The notes beneath the pieces were generated by a model that saw nothing but the letters and a program-made list of their open reading frames with translations, had not been told where the DNA came from and ran no database searches. Of a DNA stretch of 60,450 bases, positions 25,860-36,373 are shown in pieces. The stretch is from IMG/VR virus record IMGVR_UViG_3300027740_000026, positions 1-60,450 of that record; one strand, 5' to 3'. The stretch is from a virus (taxonomy: Duplodnaviria; Caudoviricetes). Position numbers and translations under genes: made by a program. Position 1 is the first letter of the stretch; each line of letters opens with the position of its first letter.

Positions 25860-25896
25860 AAAGGCCCACCTGGGAGAAATCCCGGTGGGCCTTTTT
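25860..25896 (+). terminator. Hairpin terminator before the scaffold gene
   Basis: AAGGCCCACC...GGTGGGCCTTTTT. Confidence 0.65.
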
Positions 25897-25910
25897 GCGT
25901 TTCTGGCAAC

Positions 25911-25978
25911 CGCTCCCCGGCGATAAGGGGTGTTAGAAACGATAAAAACTCCTACCACGCTCCCCGGCGATAAGGGGT
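25911..25978 (+). repeat. 21-bp direct repeat in the scaffold leader
   Basis: CGCTCCCCGGCGATAAGGGGT at 25911 and 25958. Confidence 0.85.
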
Positions 25979-25991
25979 AAAAGGAGAAACG

Positions 25992-26957
25992 ATGAAAGAT
26001 ATAGATTACTACCTGGACCCAGAGCATGCAGAAGAATGGGAAAAACTGACAGAAGAAGAGCAAGCCGCCATTTATACCGGCAGCGCAACAGAAGAAAATC
26101 AAGAACCAGCGCCTGAGTCAGAAGAAGAGCCCACGGAAGAAAAACCGGCTGGGATTCAGGCGAAGAATGGGAAGGACATTATCCCGTTTTCCCGTCTTGA
26201 AGAGCAGACAGAGAAGGCGAAGGCGGCAGAAGCAAAGATTGCTGATCTTCAGCAGACTATTTCTCAGCAAAGCGAAATGCTGAAAGCATTGCAGCAAGCC
26301 GAAGAGAAACCGGCCGAAGAAAGGAAGGAATCTGTTGTCTCTGTCCTCGACAAGTATGAAGGAGAATATCCCGAGCTTGTCGAAGACCTGCGACCGTTGC
26401 TGGAGAGCAGCATTTCGTCTGTCGTAGCAACACTCCGAGAGGAAATCAACGGGCTTAAAAATCAGTTGCAGGAAACGAATTCCAAGGTGGCAAGGAGCGA
26501 AAGTGAACAAGAAGCAGAACGTGCCGCCGAATGGAACAGGACGCTGGAAGAGTTCTGGGCTGACAAAAAAAATGATGTTTTCAGGAAAGATGTCAACCCT
26601 GGATTATTCAACATGCTCGATGCGACTGTAAAAGCCCTTGCTCAGGAGGATGTTTCCTTTGATACCCCCATTCAATACATGGAAGAGGGTGTCAGAAGGG
26701 TAAAGGAAAGTTTTCCGTCTTTTTCTGCGCTTTTTGAGGTTACAAATCCTGCTTTGAACGTCAAGGAAAAGGCTGAAGAAAAAATATCAGCTGTCAGCAG
26801 GAAACATCCTGTCAGCTTGTCAGATGCTCCAGGATCTACGTCTATTCATCATGACGAAACAGAAGCAATGTTGCAGATGAGTTTTTCTGAGGCAGAGCGA
26901 AATTTTGCAAATCTAACACCCGACCAGATTGACGAAAGACTTTCTCGGGTACTGTAA
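25992..26957 (+). CDS. Capsid scaffolding protein
   Basis: Acidic coiled-coil directly before the capsid gene; KNGKDIIPFSRL. Confidence 0.75.
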   Translation: MKDIDYYLDPEHAEEWEKLTEEEQAAIYTGSATEENQEPAPESEEEPTEEKPAGIQAKNGKDIIPFSRLEEQTEKAKAAEAKIADLQQTISQQSEMLKALQQAEEKPAEERKESVVSVLDKYEGEYPELVEDLRPLLESSISSVVATLREEINGLKNQLQETNSKVARSESEQEAERAAEWNRTLEEFWADKKNDVFRKDVNPGLFNMLDATVKALAQEDVSFDTPIQYMEEGVRRVKESFPSFSALFEVTNPALNVKEKAEEKISAVSRKHPVSLSDAPGSTSIHHDETEAMLQMSFSEAERNFANLTPDQIDERLSRVL

Positions 26958-26969
26958 GGAGAAAAGAAA

Positions 26970-28268
26970 ATGGCTTTAACAAACGTAGCATACGGGAGCG
27001 ATCAGGCTCTCACACTTCAAAGCGCCGGGCTTTTTGCATCGTGCATGCAGAGACCGACAACCCTCAATCGACTGGCCGGCAAGATGCCACAGCAGGCACA
27101 GGCTGAGTCAGACTTGAGATTTCAGTCAAAAGGGACGTATCCCATCGTTCGCGTCAAAGATCTTCAGCGGATGGCTGGTGACAACGTGACGTTCGATCTC
27201 ATTTACCCCATGGGCGGAAAGCCGATCATGGGTAGCAACTATGCCGAAGGGCGTGGGTATGCGATGAAGTTTGACCAGGATTCCTGCAAAATCAACCAGA
27301 CGCGTTACCCCATTTCAGCTGGCGACACCATGAGCCAGCAGAGGACAGTACACCAACTGCGCAGTCTGGCCCGGAATCAGGGGTACAATTATATGGCACG
27401 TCTTGATGATCAGAAGTTGATGGTGCATCTTGCCGGCGCTCGCGGTTTTCATGAAGGCGGCGAGTGGGTTGTTCCGCTCGCGTCCGATTCTGATTTTGCG
27501 ACGATCATGGTTAATACGGTTCGCGCTCCGTCTAACAACAGGCATTTTTTGTCAACCGGATCAAGCATTGAGTCGTTCAATGCCAATGGTGCTGAGGTAG
27601 GTATACAGTCAACTGATGTTATGAATACCACCGTTATTGACGCTGTGCGGACATGGCTGGACGGTACGCATTTCCCGCCTCCGCCTGTTGTGTTCGAGGG
27701 CGACCAAATGGCGCAGGACGCACCTATCCGGGTACTGTTGGTGTCCAGTGAGCAGTACACATCAATCGTACAATCAACCAATTTCCGGTCTTTGCAGGCA
27801 ACGGCCATGAGTCGTGCGGCGGCTGCGAAGAACAACCCTATTTTTATGGGCGAAGCCGGTTTGTGGAATGGCATCCTGATTGTTAAAATGCCGAAGCCAA
27901 TCAGGTTTTATGCCGGAAACGCCATTAACTGGTGTGCCTCAGCGACATCTTCGACCGAAACGACAACCGATCTTGTTCCCGCTGCTTTCGGAACTGACTA
28001 TGCCGTTGATCGCGCCCTGTTGTTGGGTGGGCAGGCTGTAGTTCAGGCGTTTGGTAATTACCGAACCACGGACGGCAAGAAGATGAATGGCCCGTATTTT
28101 ATGAGCGAAAAGTCTCTTGACCATGGAGACAAGCTGGAAATTCTGCTGGGGGCAATCGACGGCATCTCCAAGATTCGGTTTACATTCGACCATGGAGACC
28201 AGGAAGAACCAACAGATTTCGGAGTCGTGGCCATTGATACGGCTGTCAGGCTGTTGAACGGCGTGTAA
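26970..28268 (+). CDS. Major capsid protein, N4-gp56/DUF4043-like
   Basis: DLQRMAGDNVTFDL, HLAGARG, NPIFMGEAGLWNGIL, RALLLGGQA, DFGVVAID. Confidence 0.9.
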   Translation: MALTNVAYGSDQALTLQSAGLFASCMQRPTTLNRLAGKMPQQAQAESDLRFQSKGTYPIVRVKDLQRMAGDNVTFDLIYPMGGKPIMGSNYAEGRGYAMKFDQDSCKINQTRYPISAGDTMSQQRTVHQLRSLARNQGYNYMARLDDQKLMVHLAGARGFHEGGEWVVPLASDSDFATIMVNTVRAPSNNRHFLSTGSSIESFNANGAEVGIQSTDVMNTTVIDAVRTWLDGTHFPPPPVVFEGDQMAQDAPIRVLLVSSEQYTSIVQSTNFRSLQATAMSRAAAAKNNPIFMGEAGLWNGILIVKMPKPIRFYAGNAINWCASATSSTETTTDLVPAAFGTDYAVDRALLLGGQAVVQAFGNYRTTDGKKMNGPYFMSEKSLDHGDKLEILLGAIDGISKIRFTFDHGDQEEPTDFGVVAIDTAVRLLNGV

Positions 28269-28302
28269 TTCACCTCAAAAGAGCATTAAAGGAGTAAAAA
28301 TC

Positions 28303-28791
28303 ATGGCAGATATCAAAAAGGACAATATCAGTCCTACCAATCAGAAAATGTTTGGCGGCGCTCAATACGGGAACGCTACCAAACTTGAATTCCACCTGGA
28401 GTCGAATTCAAGTGGTGTTATTTTGAACAGCGATACCGCGACAGCGGCTCAGATTGCCGATGTCATCGTGCTTGGCCTTGTGCAGGCAGGAACCAGACTC
28501 CTCGATTCGCTGGCGATCATATCCAACGCATTCACTGCGGCAGCGACCGGCGACATTGGATTCAGGTATGCGGATGGGGTTGATGATTCTGGCGTTCCGG
28601 AAGATGACGACTATTTCAACAACAACCTCGACCTGGCAACAGCCGGAAGAACGCGGGCCGCAAACACAGCGGTAACACCAGTAACCCTGCCTAAGGATGC
28701 ACATATTATCCTGACGTTGGCCGGGGCCGCCTTAGATGAGGTCGGGGTTCTCGATCTCGTTTTAGATGTTGAGTTGAAAGGCGCGCCGTAA
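28303..28791 (+). CDS. Capsid cement/decoration protein
   Basis: Position after MCP; beta-rich 162 aa. Confidence 0.6.
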   Translation: MADIKKDNISPTNQKMFGGAQYGNATKLEFHLESNSSGVILNSDTATAAQIADVIVLGLVQAGTRLLDSLAIISNAFTAAATGDIGFRYADGVDDSGVPEDDDYFNNNLDLATAGRTRAANTAVTPVTLPKDAHIILTLAGAALDEVGVLDLVLDVELKGAP

Positions 28792-28801
28792 AAAAAACAA
28801 T

Positions 28802-28833
28802 CCGCTCCCGGATTACATGCCGGGAGCGGCTTT
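28802..28833. terminator. Hairpin after the capsid genes
   Basis: CCGCTCCCGG/CCGGGAGCGG flanked by an A-run and TTT. Confidence 0.6.
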
Positions 28834-28849
28834 GATAAAGGAGTTGCAA

Positions 28850-29455
28850 ATGTTTAAAAGAATAGAACCAATCAAAGCACTCATCATTGGCGGCAACAAG
28901 GTGGAGAATGTCGTTGCGACAATGGTAAACGAGCAAGGTGCCGTTGCCCACATTGTAAACGACGATTCGGTTTATAGGTTGTTCATAGAAAAAGACGGGG
29001 CAGTGGAGCAGGCCCACGACATTTTTGTTGAAGCTGTTGTCGCAATGGCGGAACATTCCGGGATGACGCAGAAGAGGGCGGATTTCGTTCAGGTTAAACA
29101 TATCGGGAAAAGAACTCAGCAGTTTGACCCATTGTTCGATACCGGATACTGGACAAAGGATCAGGTCAAAAATGTCCCGGCTGATAAAGCAATCAAGATG
29201 TGCGGTGCGTTCAGGGGCGTTTTTGAAATTGTAAGGCAAAGAGCTTCTGAGAGCGTCGAGGATGTTGCCGTTATCCATAATAAGCCGGTCGTTGATAATG
29301 AGGCCCTTGATTTCATCAGTCACCAGACGGATGTGAAGGTTTTACGGGAGTATGTCTGGAATAATTTCCAACAGAAATTAGATCACAGGATGGGTCTTGC
29401 AAAAGCCAAGGAAAAAGCAATCATGCTGCTTGACCAGTACGGACTGCCTGAATGA
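28850..29455 (+). CDS. Hypothetical virion morphogenesis protein
   Basis: AAGGAG RBS; operon position. Confidence 0.6.
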   Translation: MFKRIEPIKALIIGGNKVENVVATMVNEQGAVAHIVNDDSVYRLFIEKDGAVEQAHDIFVEAVVAMAEHSGMTQKRADFVQVKHIGKRTQQFDPLFDTGYWTKDQVKNVPADKAIKMCGAFRGVFEIVRQRASESVEDVAVIHNKPVVDNEALDFISHQTDVKVLREYVWNNFQQKLDHRMGLAKAKEKAIMLLDQYGLPE

Positions 29456-30063
29456 AAGCAAGCGAACTGTTAGAAAAAATTATTCCTCGGATTTCCAAAA
29501 TGGAAAACACGAGTGGGTTTTCTTTTCTTGATGCTGTTAATAGGACAGCGGATATTTTTTTCGACAGGCTGCACAGGCGGAAGTCTGAACTGGCAACGGC
29601 AAGGTTTGAGGATGAAACGTTTGATGAAGAATTCCACTATTTCGGATCTGATTTCAGGGGGTTTGTTACTCCGGTAAAAATAGAAGATGAGTCCGAGAAC
29701 AAGATCGAACTCACAGAAACTAAATACGGGAGCGAAGAGACAGAAGGAAACGCTCCTGAAACATACCGGCTTTCAGGCCCTTTTGAAGTTCAGTTCTCCC
29801 CGAAACCTGAATCCGATACATACGACCAGGAATATTTGTTTCTTGGATCGTATTACTCTCATCCGGGCAGTTTTTCTTTGTCGGACGAACTCCCGTGGGA
29901 AGGACTATTTGATACAGAATTTGAAGATGCTGTAATTTTGATCCTGTCTCTTGCAAATCAGCAATTATTGACTGACGCAGTTATTGAAGAGATAGGGAAA
30001 AAGACAGATCTGCGCATTTCAAACCGCAGGGAAACGCCACGCCACTCAAAATGCTACTGGTAA
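29452..30063 (+). CDS. Putative head-tail adaptor
   Basis: Size and synteny. Confidence 0.45.
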   Translation: MKASELLEKIIPRISKMENTSGFSFLDAVNRTADIFFDRLHRRKSELATARFEDETFDEEFHYFGSDFRGFVTPVKIEDESENKIELTETKYGSEETEGNAPETYRLSGPFEVQFSPKPESDTYDQEYLFLGSYYSHPGSFSLSDELPWEGLFDTEFEDAVILILSLANQQLLTDAVIEEIGKKTDLRISNRRETPRHSKCYW

Positions 30064-30066
30064 CCC

Positions 30067-30684
30067 ATGGCCATAACAGCACAGAACGTAATCGATAGGA
30101 CAGAGGATCTGTTGAATGATTCCCAAAACGACAGGTGGACCGTTGAGTTTCATCTTAATGGGGTAAACGAAGCCCAGAGAGAAATAGTCAAACTTGACCT
30201 GAGCGCAAATGCTGTCAGGGAAAACCTCAAGCTTGTCGAGGGCGTACACCAAGCTCTGCCGGCAGACAGTCTTGGACTGGTTGCAATCGTTCGGAATATG
30301 GGTCAGACAGGATATACTCCTGGCAAGAGACCGTATCCTGTTACGAGAAAATTCATTGAGGATATGTTCCCTGATTGGTACGAGCAAGACGCCGACGTCC
30401 CGGTATTATTTTACTCCTACTCAAAGGAAGATGAGCGATACAGTTTTGATGTGTTTCCGCCTGCACCTGCTCCAGGGTTGAAGGACTGGTATGTTGAAAT
30501 CAAGCATGGCGAAATTCCAGCCACTATTTCCGAAAGTGGAAGTATTTTGAACGACAGATATGATCTCGCAATAATCGAATACCTTTTATATCGGGCGAAA
30601 TCAAAACTCACCGAGACTCAAAGCGTGGCTGAGGCAGTGTTGCATCTTGAGAGATTTGAAAAGCTTGTGATTTCAAGGGTGTAA
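30067..30684 (+). CDS. Putative adaptor/tail tubular protein (DUF6682-like)
   Basis: LLND....RWT......NEAQREIV...L..GVHQALP....VRN; FDVFPP; YLLYRA. Confidence 0.65.
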   Translation: MAITAQNVIDRTEDLLNDSQNDRWTVEFHLNGVNEAQREIVKLDLSANAVRENLKLVEGVHQALPADSLGLVAIVRNMGQTGYTPGKRPYPVTRKFIEDMFPDWYEQDADVPVLFYSYSKEDERYSFDVFPPAPAPGLKDWYVEIKHGEIPATISESGSILNDRYDLAIIEYLLYRAKSKLTETQSVAEAVLHLERFEKLVISRV

Positions 30685-30685
30685 A

Positions 30686-31240
30686 ATGCCGGTAACGCAT
30701 AGGGGTAGCAATGTCACTTGGCGAGATGCCAACGTAATACACCGGCCATCAAGCAGAACTTTTTATATGCCGTACCCTATTATGCTGGGTATCGACATGG
30801 AAATAGTAAGCGCCGAGATGAGTATCCTTGGCACTGTTGATGAGAGAACGAATAAAAATGACAGAGATCCAGGTGACGGAATGATAAGACTGGCGCAAAA
30901 AGTAAGGCAGAACGCACACTGTTTCCCATATGTGATTCCGAAAGACAGAGACGGAGATGCACTCTCTGTTGACGCCATAGAATCTGTTACATGGTCAATT
31001 TTTGATAGTGACGATGTCGTCGTTGGGACTGAGGACAATGCGATAACGGCTCCTGACGATCAAGGCAGATGGGTGGCAAATGTGACACCAACCTACACCG
31101 ACCTGACAGGAACACGAGCTGAAAGGAAGGTAATAGTCTTCACTGTAACATTTTCGGGAACAATAGGTGGGGTCAACTACACAGACCTGACTGCAAAAAT
31201 TCAGGGTAAATTTACGGTAACGCCAGTCACAGGAGAATAA
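30686..31240 (+). CDS. Hypothetical virion protein
   Basis: Operon position; beta-rich C-terminus. Confidence 0.55.
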   Translation: MPVTHRGSNVTWRDANVIHRPSSRTFYMPYPIMLGIDMEIVSAEMSILGTVDERTNKNDRDPGDGMIRLAQKVRQNAHCFPYVIPKDRDGDALSVDAIESVTWSIFDSDDVVVGTEDNAITAPDDQGRWVANVTPTYTDLTGTRAERKVIVFTVTFSGTIGGVNYTDLTAKIQGKFTVTPVTGE

Positions 31241-31241
31241 A

Positions 31242-33644
31242 ATGAAGAAAATAGCAATGTGTATAATGCTTTTGTTAGTTTCAAAAACGTCATATGCACA
31301 AGATCCGAGTATTTACGCTGCAACTTGTTTGACTGGCGGGGCTGCATGTCTTGACGCAATTGATGTTTATTATCCTGATAGTTACAACCAGACAATCAGG
31401 CTTCAGGACGGAGATGTTGCCAGCGTAATAGCTGTGGCAAGCAATGATTCATATATGTACCGCTATGATTCAGATTCCGGCCTTTCCGAGTCAAGTCCCG
31501 ATGTGATTAAGCCTGACTACACAAATGCTGTTGCTTATTCTGGAGCCGGGCGTTGGCTTCTGGTTGGATTCACGGCGAAAAATATTACTGTTAGAGACAG
31601 CTTGAGCACTGTCGATGCGACAATTTCCGGGACTGCTGATATTACTACAGGTTTCTTTGATAGTCTTAACAACGCTGTACTGCTATCTCAAAAATATCCA
31701 TCTGGAATATGTTCAGCTGTAACCGGTATTGGATCAACAGAGACAACCGTTTTTATTGATTCAGTTGTGAATGATTCAGGCAGTTGCACAATCCCGTCAA
31801 CAATGGAAATAATTCCAATAAATGGCGGATATCTCGGGGGAGCAGGAACGGTCAATTTTGACGGCGGGAAAATAACAGCCGGAAATGTTCGCGTTTTTGG
31901 TGACAATCTGACTATAAGTGGAAACGCGGATATCCAGTGGGCATCTCCAGCATGGTTTGGATCGACATGCAACGACTCAACGAATGACTCAGCCGCTTTG
32001 AACGCTGTTCTTTCTTTTAACAAAGCTGTAATGATACCTCCAGATTGCGTATATGACTACAACGAAAACCTGACTGTTCAGAATGGACAACGCTTATTAG
32101 GGTCTGGCGGATCTGTTTTGAATAAACAAGGAACATATTTCCTATCTATTGGTGGCGCTGTTGGGAACAAGAATGATGTCGGTGTGGATAATATCCATTT
32201 CCGGCATGAAGGATCTTATGCCGCAGGATCTTATGCGATAGGCTGCGGGCAATGCGATGATGTTGTAATACAAAATTGCAAGTTTTCAGGGGATAACCAA
32301 TATCATCTTTATTTTGCAGATAACGGAGAAACAAGAAACCCTGATAAGACATACACTTCTAATATCAGCGTTCTTAACAATTTATTTGAAGGGAATAACA
32401 ATAGCCGTGCCATCCCCATATTTTTCCAAGGGGTATATGGCGGAGAGATTGCTTGGAATAGAATCAGTGATCAGGGAGAATCAGGACTTGCCGCCTCATC
32501 GCAACCGTTCGGGACGCAACTTTTATGGACTTGGAATGTAAGTGTCCATGATAACACATATACTCATGTGGGTCGTGAAGCAATTCAGGTCGGGTCGAAT
32601 TGCAGATACAATGCTATCTCAGGCAATCACATAGACAGAGTTGGAGATGGTGGAATTGTATTTGCTCAAGAACATAATTGGGATGGTACCGAATATGATT
32701 TTCTTGGTGCGACTGCAGGTGTTGACGATGCTTCTAGATACAACGCTGTCTTTGGCAACACAATAACAAAGACAGCAGCAGCTGGCATATCATTCAATTA
32801 CGCAAGTCCATACAATTCAGTTTCCAGCAATGTTGTCATTAACTACGGCACAGATTTGAGTTTTGATGATGCTTCTATGGGTGTAAGTTCGATTTTCCAT
32901 TCTGGTGTTTATTTCGGAACAATTATGGGAAACACTGTGACAGGAAATGTCTTTATCCACGATAACGATTCTTCAGTGTCTACTAAGCATGGCATTTATA
33001 TCGGTTCGAGTGAGGATACCTACCAAAGTGCCAACGCATACCATCCGGCAGGAATGATATCAGGGAATATATACAGAGGTCTTTCAAATAACATAAAAAT
33101 TGCAGCGCCGGTCAGCTCTCGTGTTTCGTGGGTTGATATCCGAGAAGGCCCAAAAATAAACGTAGCCAGCGCTGATTTTGATACATGGTCAGCTGGGCTG
33201 CCTGGAGTTGATAATGATGCCGGGATTGTCAGCTGGCAAGAATCAGGGTATTTTGAAAGAAAAGCCGATTGTATGTATATTGGGGATAACTGCTCTCAGA
33301 CAAATGACTCCGGTTATGGTCAGATGGTTCTAACGATAAAAGAGAATCAGAATAAATCTGTTATAGAGGCCGGATGTTGGACAAAGATAGTCGATAACGA
33401 TTCTTCTCCAACTGGTGTTCTTACTTTGTTCTACCAATCCCCAGGTGATGATATAAACCCCGGAGTCGTAACGGTGTTTACGAATACATCATGGGAGTGG
33501 AAAAATATACGCTTATTAACGGACGCTGCCCCTGACACAAACAGGACAATTTTCAGGATGGGAGCAGGGGCAGGGGATAAAGTAAAATTTGACGATTGCA
33601 CGGTAACCCTCAGAAAATATAACGACAATCAAACTGGCGAATGA
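31242..33644 (+). CDS. Tailspike-like parallel beta-helix protein with signal peptide
   Basis: WFG...D..NDSAALNA entry motif; repeated ISGN/VFGN/VTGN rungs; N-terminus MKKIAMCIMLLLVSKTSYA. Confidence 0.8.
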   Translation: MKKIAMCIMLLLVSKTSYAQDPSIYAATCLTGGAACLDAIDVYYPDSYNQTIRLQDGDVASVIAVASNDSYMYRYDSDSGLSESSPDVIKPDYTNAVAYSGAGRWLLVGFTAKNITVRDSLSTVDATISGTADITTGFFDSLNNAVLLSQKYPSGICSAVTGIGSTETTVFIDSVVNDSGSCTIPSTMEIIPINGGYLGGAGTVNFDGGKITAGNVRVFGDNLTISGNADIQWASPAWFGSTCNDSTNDSAALNAVLSFNKAVMIPPDCVYDYNENLTVQNGQRLLGSGGSVLNKQGTYFLSIGGAVGNKNDVGVDNIHFRHEGSYAAGSYAIGCGQCDDVVIQNCKFSGDNQYHLYFADNGETRNPDKTYTSNISVLNNLFEGNNNSRAIPIFFQGVYGGEIAWNRISDQGESGLAASSQPFGTQLLWTWNVSVHDNTYTHVGREAIQVGSNCRYNAISGNHIDRVGDGGIVFAQEHNWDGTEYDFLGATAGVDDASRYNAVFGNTITKTAAAGISFNYASPYNSVSSNVVINYGTDLSFDDASMGVSSIFHSGVYFGTIMGNTVTGNVFIHDNDSSVSTKHGIYIGSSEDTYQSANAYHPAGMISGNIYRGLSNNIKIAAPVSSRVSWVDIREGPKINVASADFDTWSAGLPGVDNDAGIVSWQESGYFERKADCMYIGDNCSQTNDSGYGQMVLTIKENQNKSVIEAGCWTKIVDNDSSPTGVLTLFYQSPGDDINPGVVTVFTNTSWEWKNIRLLTDAAPDTNRTIFRMGAGAGDKVKFDDCTVTLRKYNDNQTGE

Positions 33645-35662
33645 TTTTATTAAATATACAAGTCCCACGAGGGACAATGCCGCGACTTGAAGGCAGTCTT
33701 ATACCGGCAAACTACGCGCAGGAAGCGCAGAATTGCATTCTTTCAAACGGGACGGTAACCCCTTTTGACGGGACAACATCAGTAGACACTCCGACAAAAG
33801 CCGGGACAAAAGAGACAATCTATAAGTTTAATGATTCATTTTGGTTTCACTGGACAGATATCATTGATTGCGTCAGGGGGCCTGTTTCTGACGATGATGA
33901 CGAGGTAACATACTGGACAGGCGACGGCGTTCCAAAGCTTACAGACACGTCCATAGCGACAGCAGGTGCCGGGACAGACTATCCGAATGATTCTTATACC
34001 CTTGGCGTTCCGCAGCCTGACACGCCATCAGCGGCAGTAAGCGGGACTCTTGATTCAGTAAGCATAGCGATAGACAGGTCATATCTGGTTACGTTTGTGT
34101 GTGAGGCCGGGATATCTTCTCCGGAAGAAATGGAAGGTCCGCCCAGCCTTCCCAGCAATATTGTCCTGGCTGATGACGCTCTTGATGCTGCAATTCTCCT
34201 GGCGAACGAAATACGGTCCGACTTCATCAACCATGCCGCAAGCGCACGGCATGGAGCAGGAAATCAAAGCACTGCAGCAATGCCTGTCGCAGCATATAGC
34301 ATTACCTCTCTTCTCGCTTTGGGGGCTGTTGAACTTACTCTCTACGCAGCGCACAATGCTGACGCTATAGCTGCTGCTCCTACATGGCACTCAGCGCAAG
34401 AACTTCCGAGCAACGCATTGACATCCGCAGTCGCTCCGACGACTTTGGAGGAATGCGTTGCAAGGTTGAACGATCTTAAGGCAAAACACAACACCCATGA
34501 AGCATTAGCGACAGCGCATACAGGCGCATCGGTAACGGCGGATCAGGTTTCAACAAATAACGCGACCTACGTCACAGTGACGATTCCTGAATTCCCGTCC
34601 GGTGACTACAATTTTACGGCGAAAAGAATTTACAGAACCCAGGACACCGGCCAAGCAGGGACAACGGAATATCAATACGTTGGTGAAGTCACTGGAGATA
34701 TTCTTACTTACGATGATTATATCCCGTCGATATCGCTTGGTGACGAAATCAAAACAACAGAATGGGATGGCCCGCCTTCCGGGATGCACAGCATAAGAAT
34801 TCATCCGAACGGTTTTGGCGTGGGCGCGGACGGGATGGCCTTATGCACTTCAGTCGCCTATCAACTCCATGCCTGGCCGACATCCTATCAAAGGAAAGTA
34901 GATTACCCGATAGTTGGGATAGAAATATTCGGGAGCTCCATCTTGGTTGTTACGACAGCCAAACCGTATATTTTTACTGGATCTGAACCAGACAATTTGG
35001 CGAAAGAAAAGACAGAGATCATGGAATCTTGCACAAGCAAGAAAAGCATTACTGCCGGAAGGGGTGTTGCCTTTTACGCATCCCCATCAGGGATTATGAT
35101 GATTGGCCCTGGCGCGGCAAAAAATATTACAGAAGACGTGATGGGAACAGAAGCGTGGACAGACCTTGATCCAACATCAATCATCGGAGCATTTCATGAC
35201 GGAAGGTATCATGGTTTTTATGACAACGGCACAGAACAGGGCGGGTTTATTTTAGACCCAGCCACGGAAGAATTGACGTGGACAGATACCTACGCAACAG
35301 CAGCTTTTGTTGATGAGGAAGATGACACGCTCTATTTGATGGTTGGAAATAATATAGTTTCATGGAATACAAACTCAAATTCTCCAATGACTGCTACTTG
35401 GAAAAGCCGAAAAGAAATAGTAAGTGCTCCCGTTAATCCTGGTGTTGCACAGGTCAGGTCAAACGCTTATCCGGTCACTTTTAAATTGTATGCCGAAACA
35501 AACGGCTCTATGACTCTCAAAAAAACAAAAACAGTGTCTGACAGTCAGCCTTTTTGGTTGCCTTCTGGATATCTGTCGGACACTTTCGAGGTCGAAATAA
35601 CAGGGAGCTTCAAATCTTGTTATGTCGCTGAAACGATCAGAGACTTGAAAGGTGTAAAGTGA
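33641..35662 (+). CDS. Tail tubular/nozzle protein
   Basis: YWTGDGVPK, EGPPS.PS, KRIYRT, HAWP..Y, YASPSG, TWKSR, PFWLPSG. Confidence 0.75.
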   Translation: MILLNIQVPRGTMPRLEGSLIPANYAQEAQNCILSNGTVTPFDGTTSVDTPTKAGTKETIYKFNDSFWFHWTDIIDCVRGPVSDDDDEVTYWTGDGVPKLTDTSIATAGAGTDYPNDSYTLGVPQPDTPSAAVSGTLDSVSIAIDRSYLVTFVCEAGISSPEEMEGPPSLPSNIVLADDALDAAILLANEIRSDFINHAASARHGAGNQSTAAMPVAAYSITSLLALGAVELTLYAAHNADAIAAAPTWHSAQELPSNALTSAVAPTTLEECVARLNDLKAKHNTHEALATAHTGASVTADQVSTNNATYVTVTIPEFPSGDYNFTAKRIYRTQDTGQAGTTEYQYVGEVTGDILTYDDYIPSISLGDEIKTTEWDGPPSGMHSIRIHPNGFGVGADGMALCTSVAYQLHAWPTSYQRKVDYPIVGIEIFGSSILVVTTAKPYIFTGSEPDNLAKEKTEIMESCTSKKSITAGRGVAFYASPSGIMMIGPGAAKNITEDVMGTEAWTDLDPTSIIGAFHDGRYHGFYDNGTEQGGFILDPATEELTWTDTYATAAFVDEEDDTLYLMVGNNIVSWNTNSNSPMTATWKSRKEIVSAPVNPGVAQVRSNAYPVTFKLYAETNGSMTLKKTKTVSDSQPFWLPSGYLSDTFEVEITGSFKSCYVAETIRDLKGVK

Positions 35663-36369
35663 GTTTAAAACCTGAACTCGCAAGATTGTCTCAGCACCCG
35701 AAACCACACGAGATTGCTGATAGGATCAATCGTCTTATCCAATGGGTAACGAAGATAGGAAGCCTGCCGTCAAACAATGATGCTGTAACGGCGGAAAACC
35801 TTGTTAATTCAGGTTCCCACAGGTACAGAGAAAAGCAACTCGAATTTGTTTTGGCAAGCGGCGTTCCGCAAACTCCAACTGGTGTGGTTGCGGTAGGAAC
35901 ACATAACGGGATTTTCATTTATTGGAATTACCCGACATATGATGGCCATTGGTATACGCAGATAATAAGAAATACCTCGGAGAGTATTAACGGGGCGACC
36001 TTGATAGGCGTAGCAAACACGAGAACATTTGAAGACCCGCTCGTCAATGTTTCTCCTTTTTCGACATATTTTTATGGCATCAGGCATGTAAATAGGCTTG
36101 GCACTCCAGGGCCATACAGGGTTGTATCAGCAAGTTCAGTTTTTTACCCTGAATTTTTCAACAGGTTGACAATAACCTCCGTTGATTATACAGGCACACA
36201 GGTTGATCAAATAAATTACAGTGGAGGTTATAAAATAGTTATTTCTTATTATCCAGGAACGACGAAGGTGTCAACCGCTGAATACTACGATAGTGACGGT
36301 GTAACTGTGTTGGCGACATTAACGCTTACTTACTCCGGAGATGACCTGAGTACCGCTGTTTGGAGTTAA
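35659..36369 (+). CDS. Tail-associated protein (FnIII-like segment)
   Basis: PQTPTGV....IFIYW...YFYGIRHVN. Confidence 0.55.
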   Translation: MSLKPELARLSQHPKPHEIADRINRLIQWVTKIGSLPSNNDAVTAENLVNSGSHRYREKQLEFVLASGVPQTPTGVVAVGTHNGIFIYWNYPTYDGHWYTQIIRNTSESINGATLIGVANTRTFEDPLVNVSPFSTYFYGIRHVNRLGTPGPYRVVSASSVFYPEFFNRLTITSVDYTGTQVDQINYSGGYKIVISYYPGTTKVSTAEYYDSDGVTVLATLTLTYSGDDLSTAVWS

Positions 36370-36373
36370 AATA

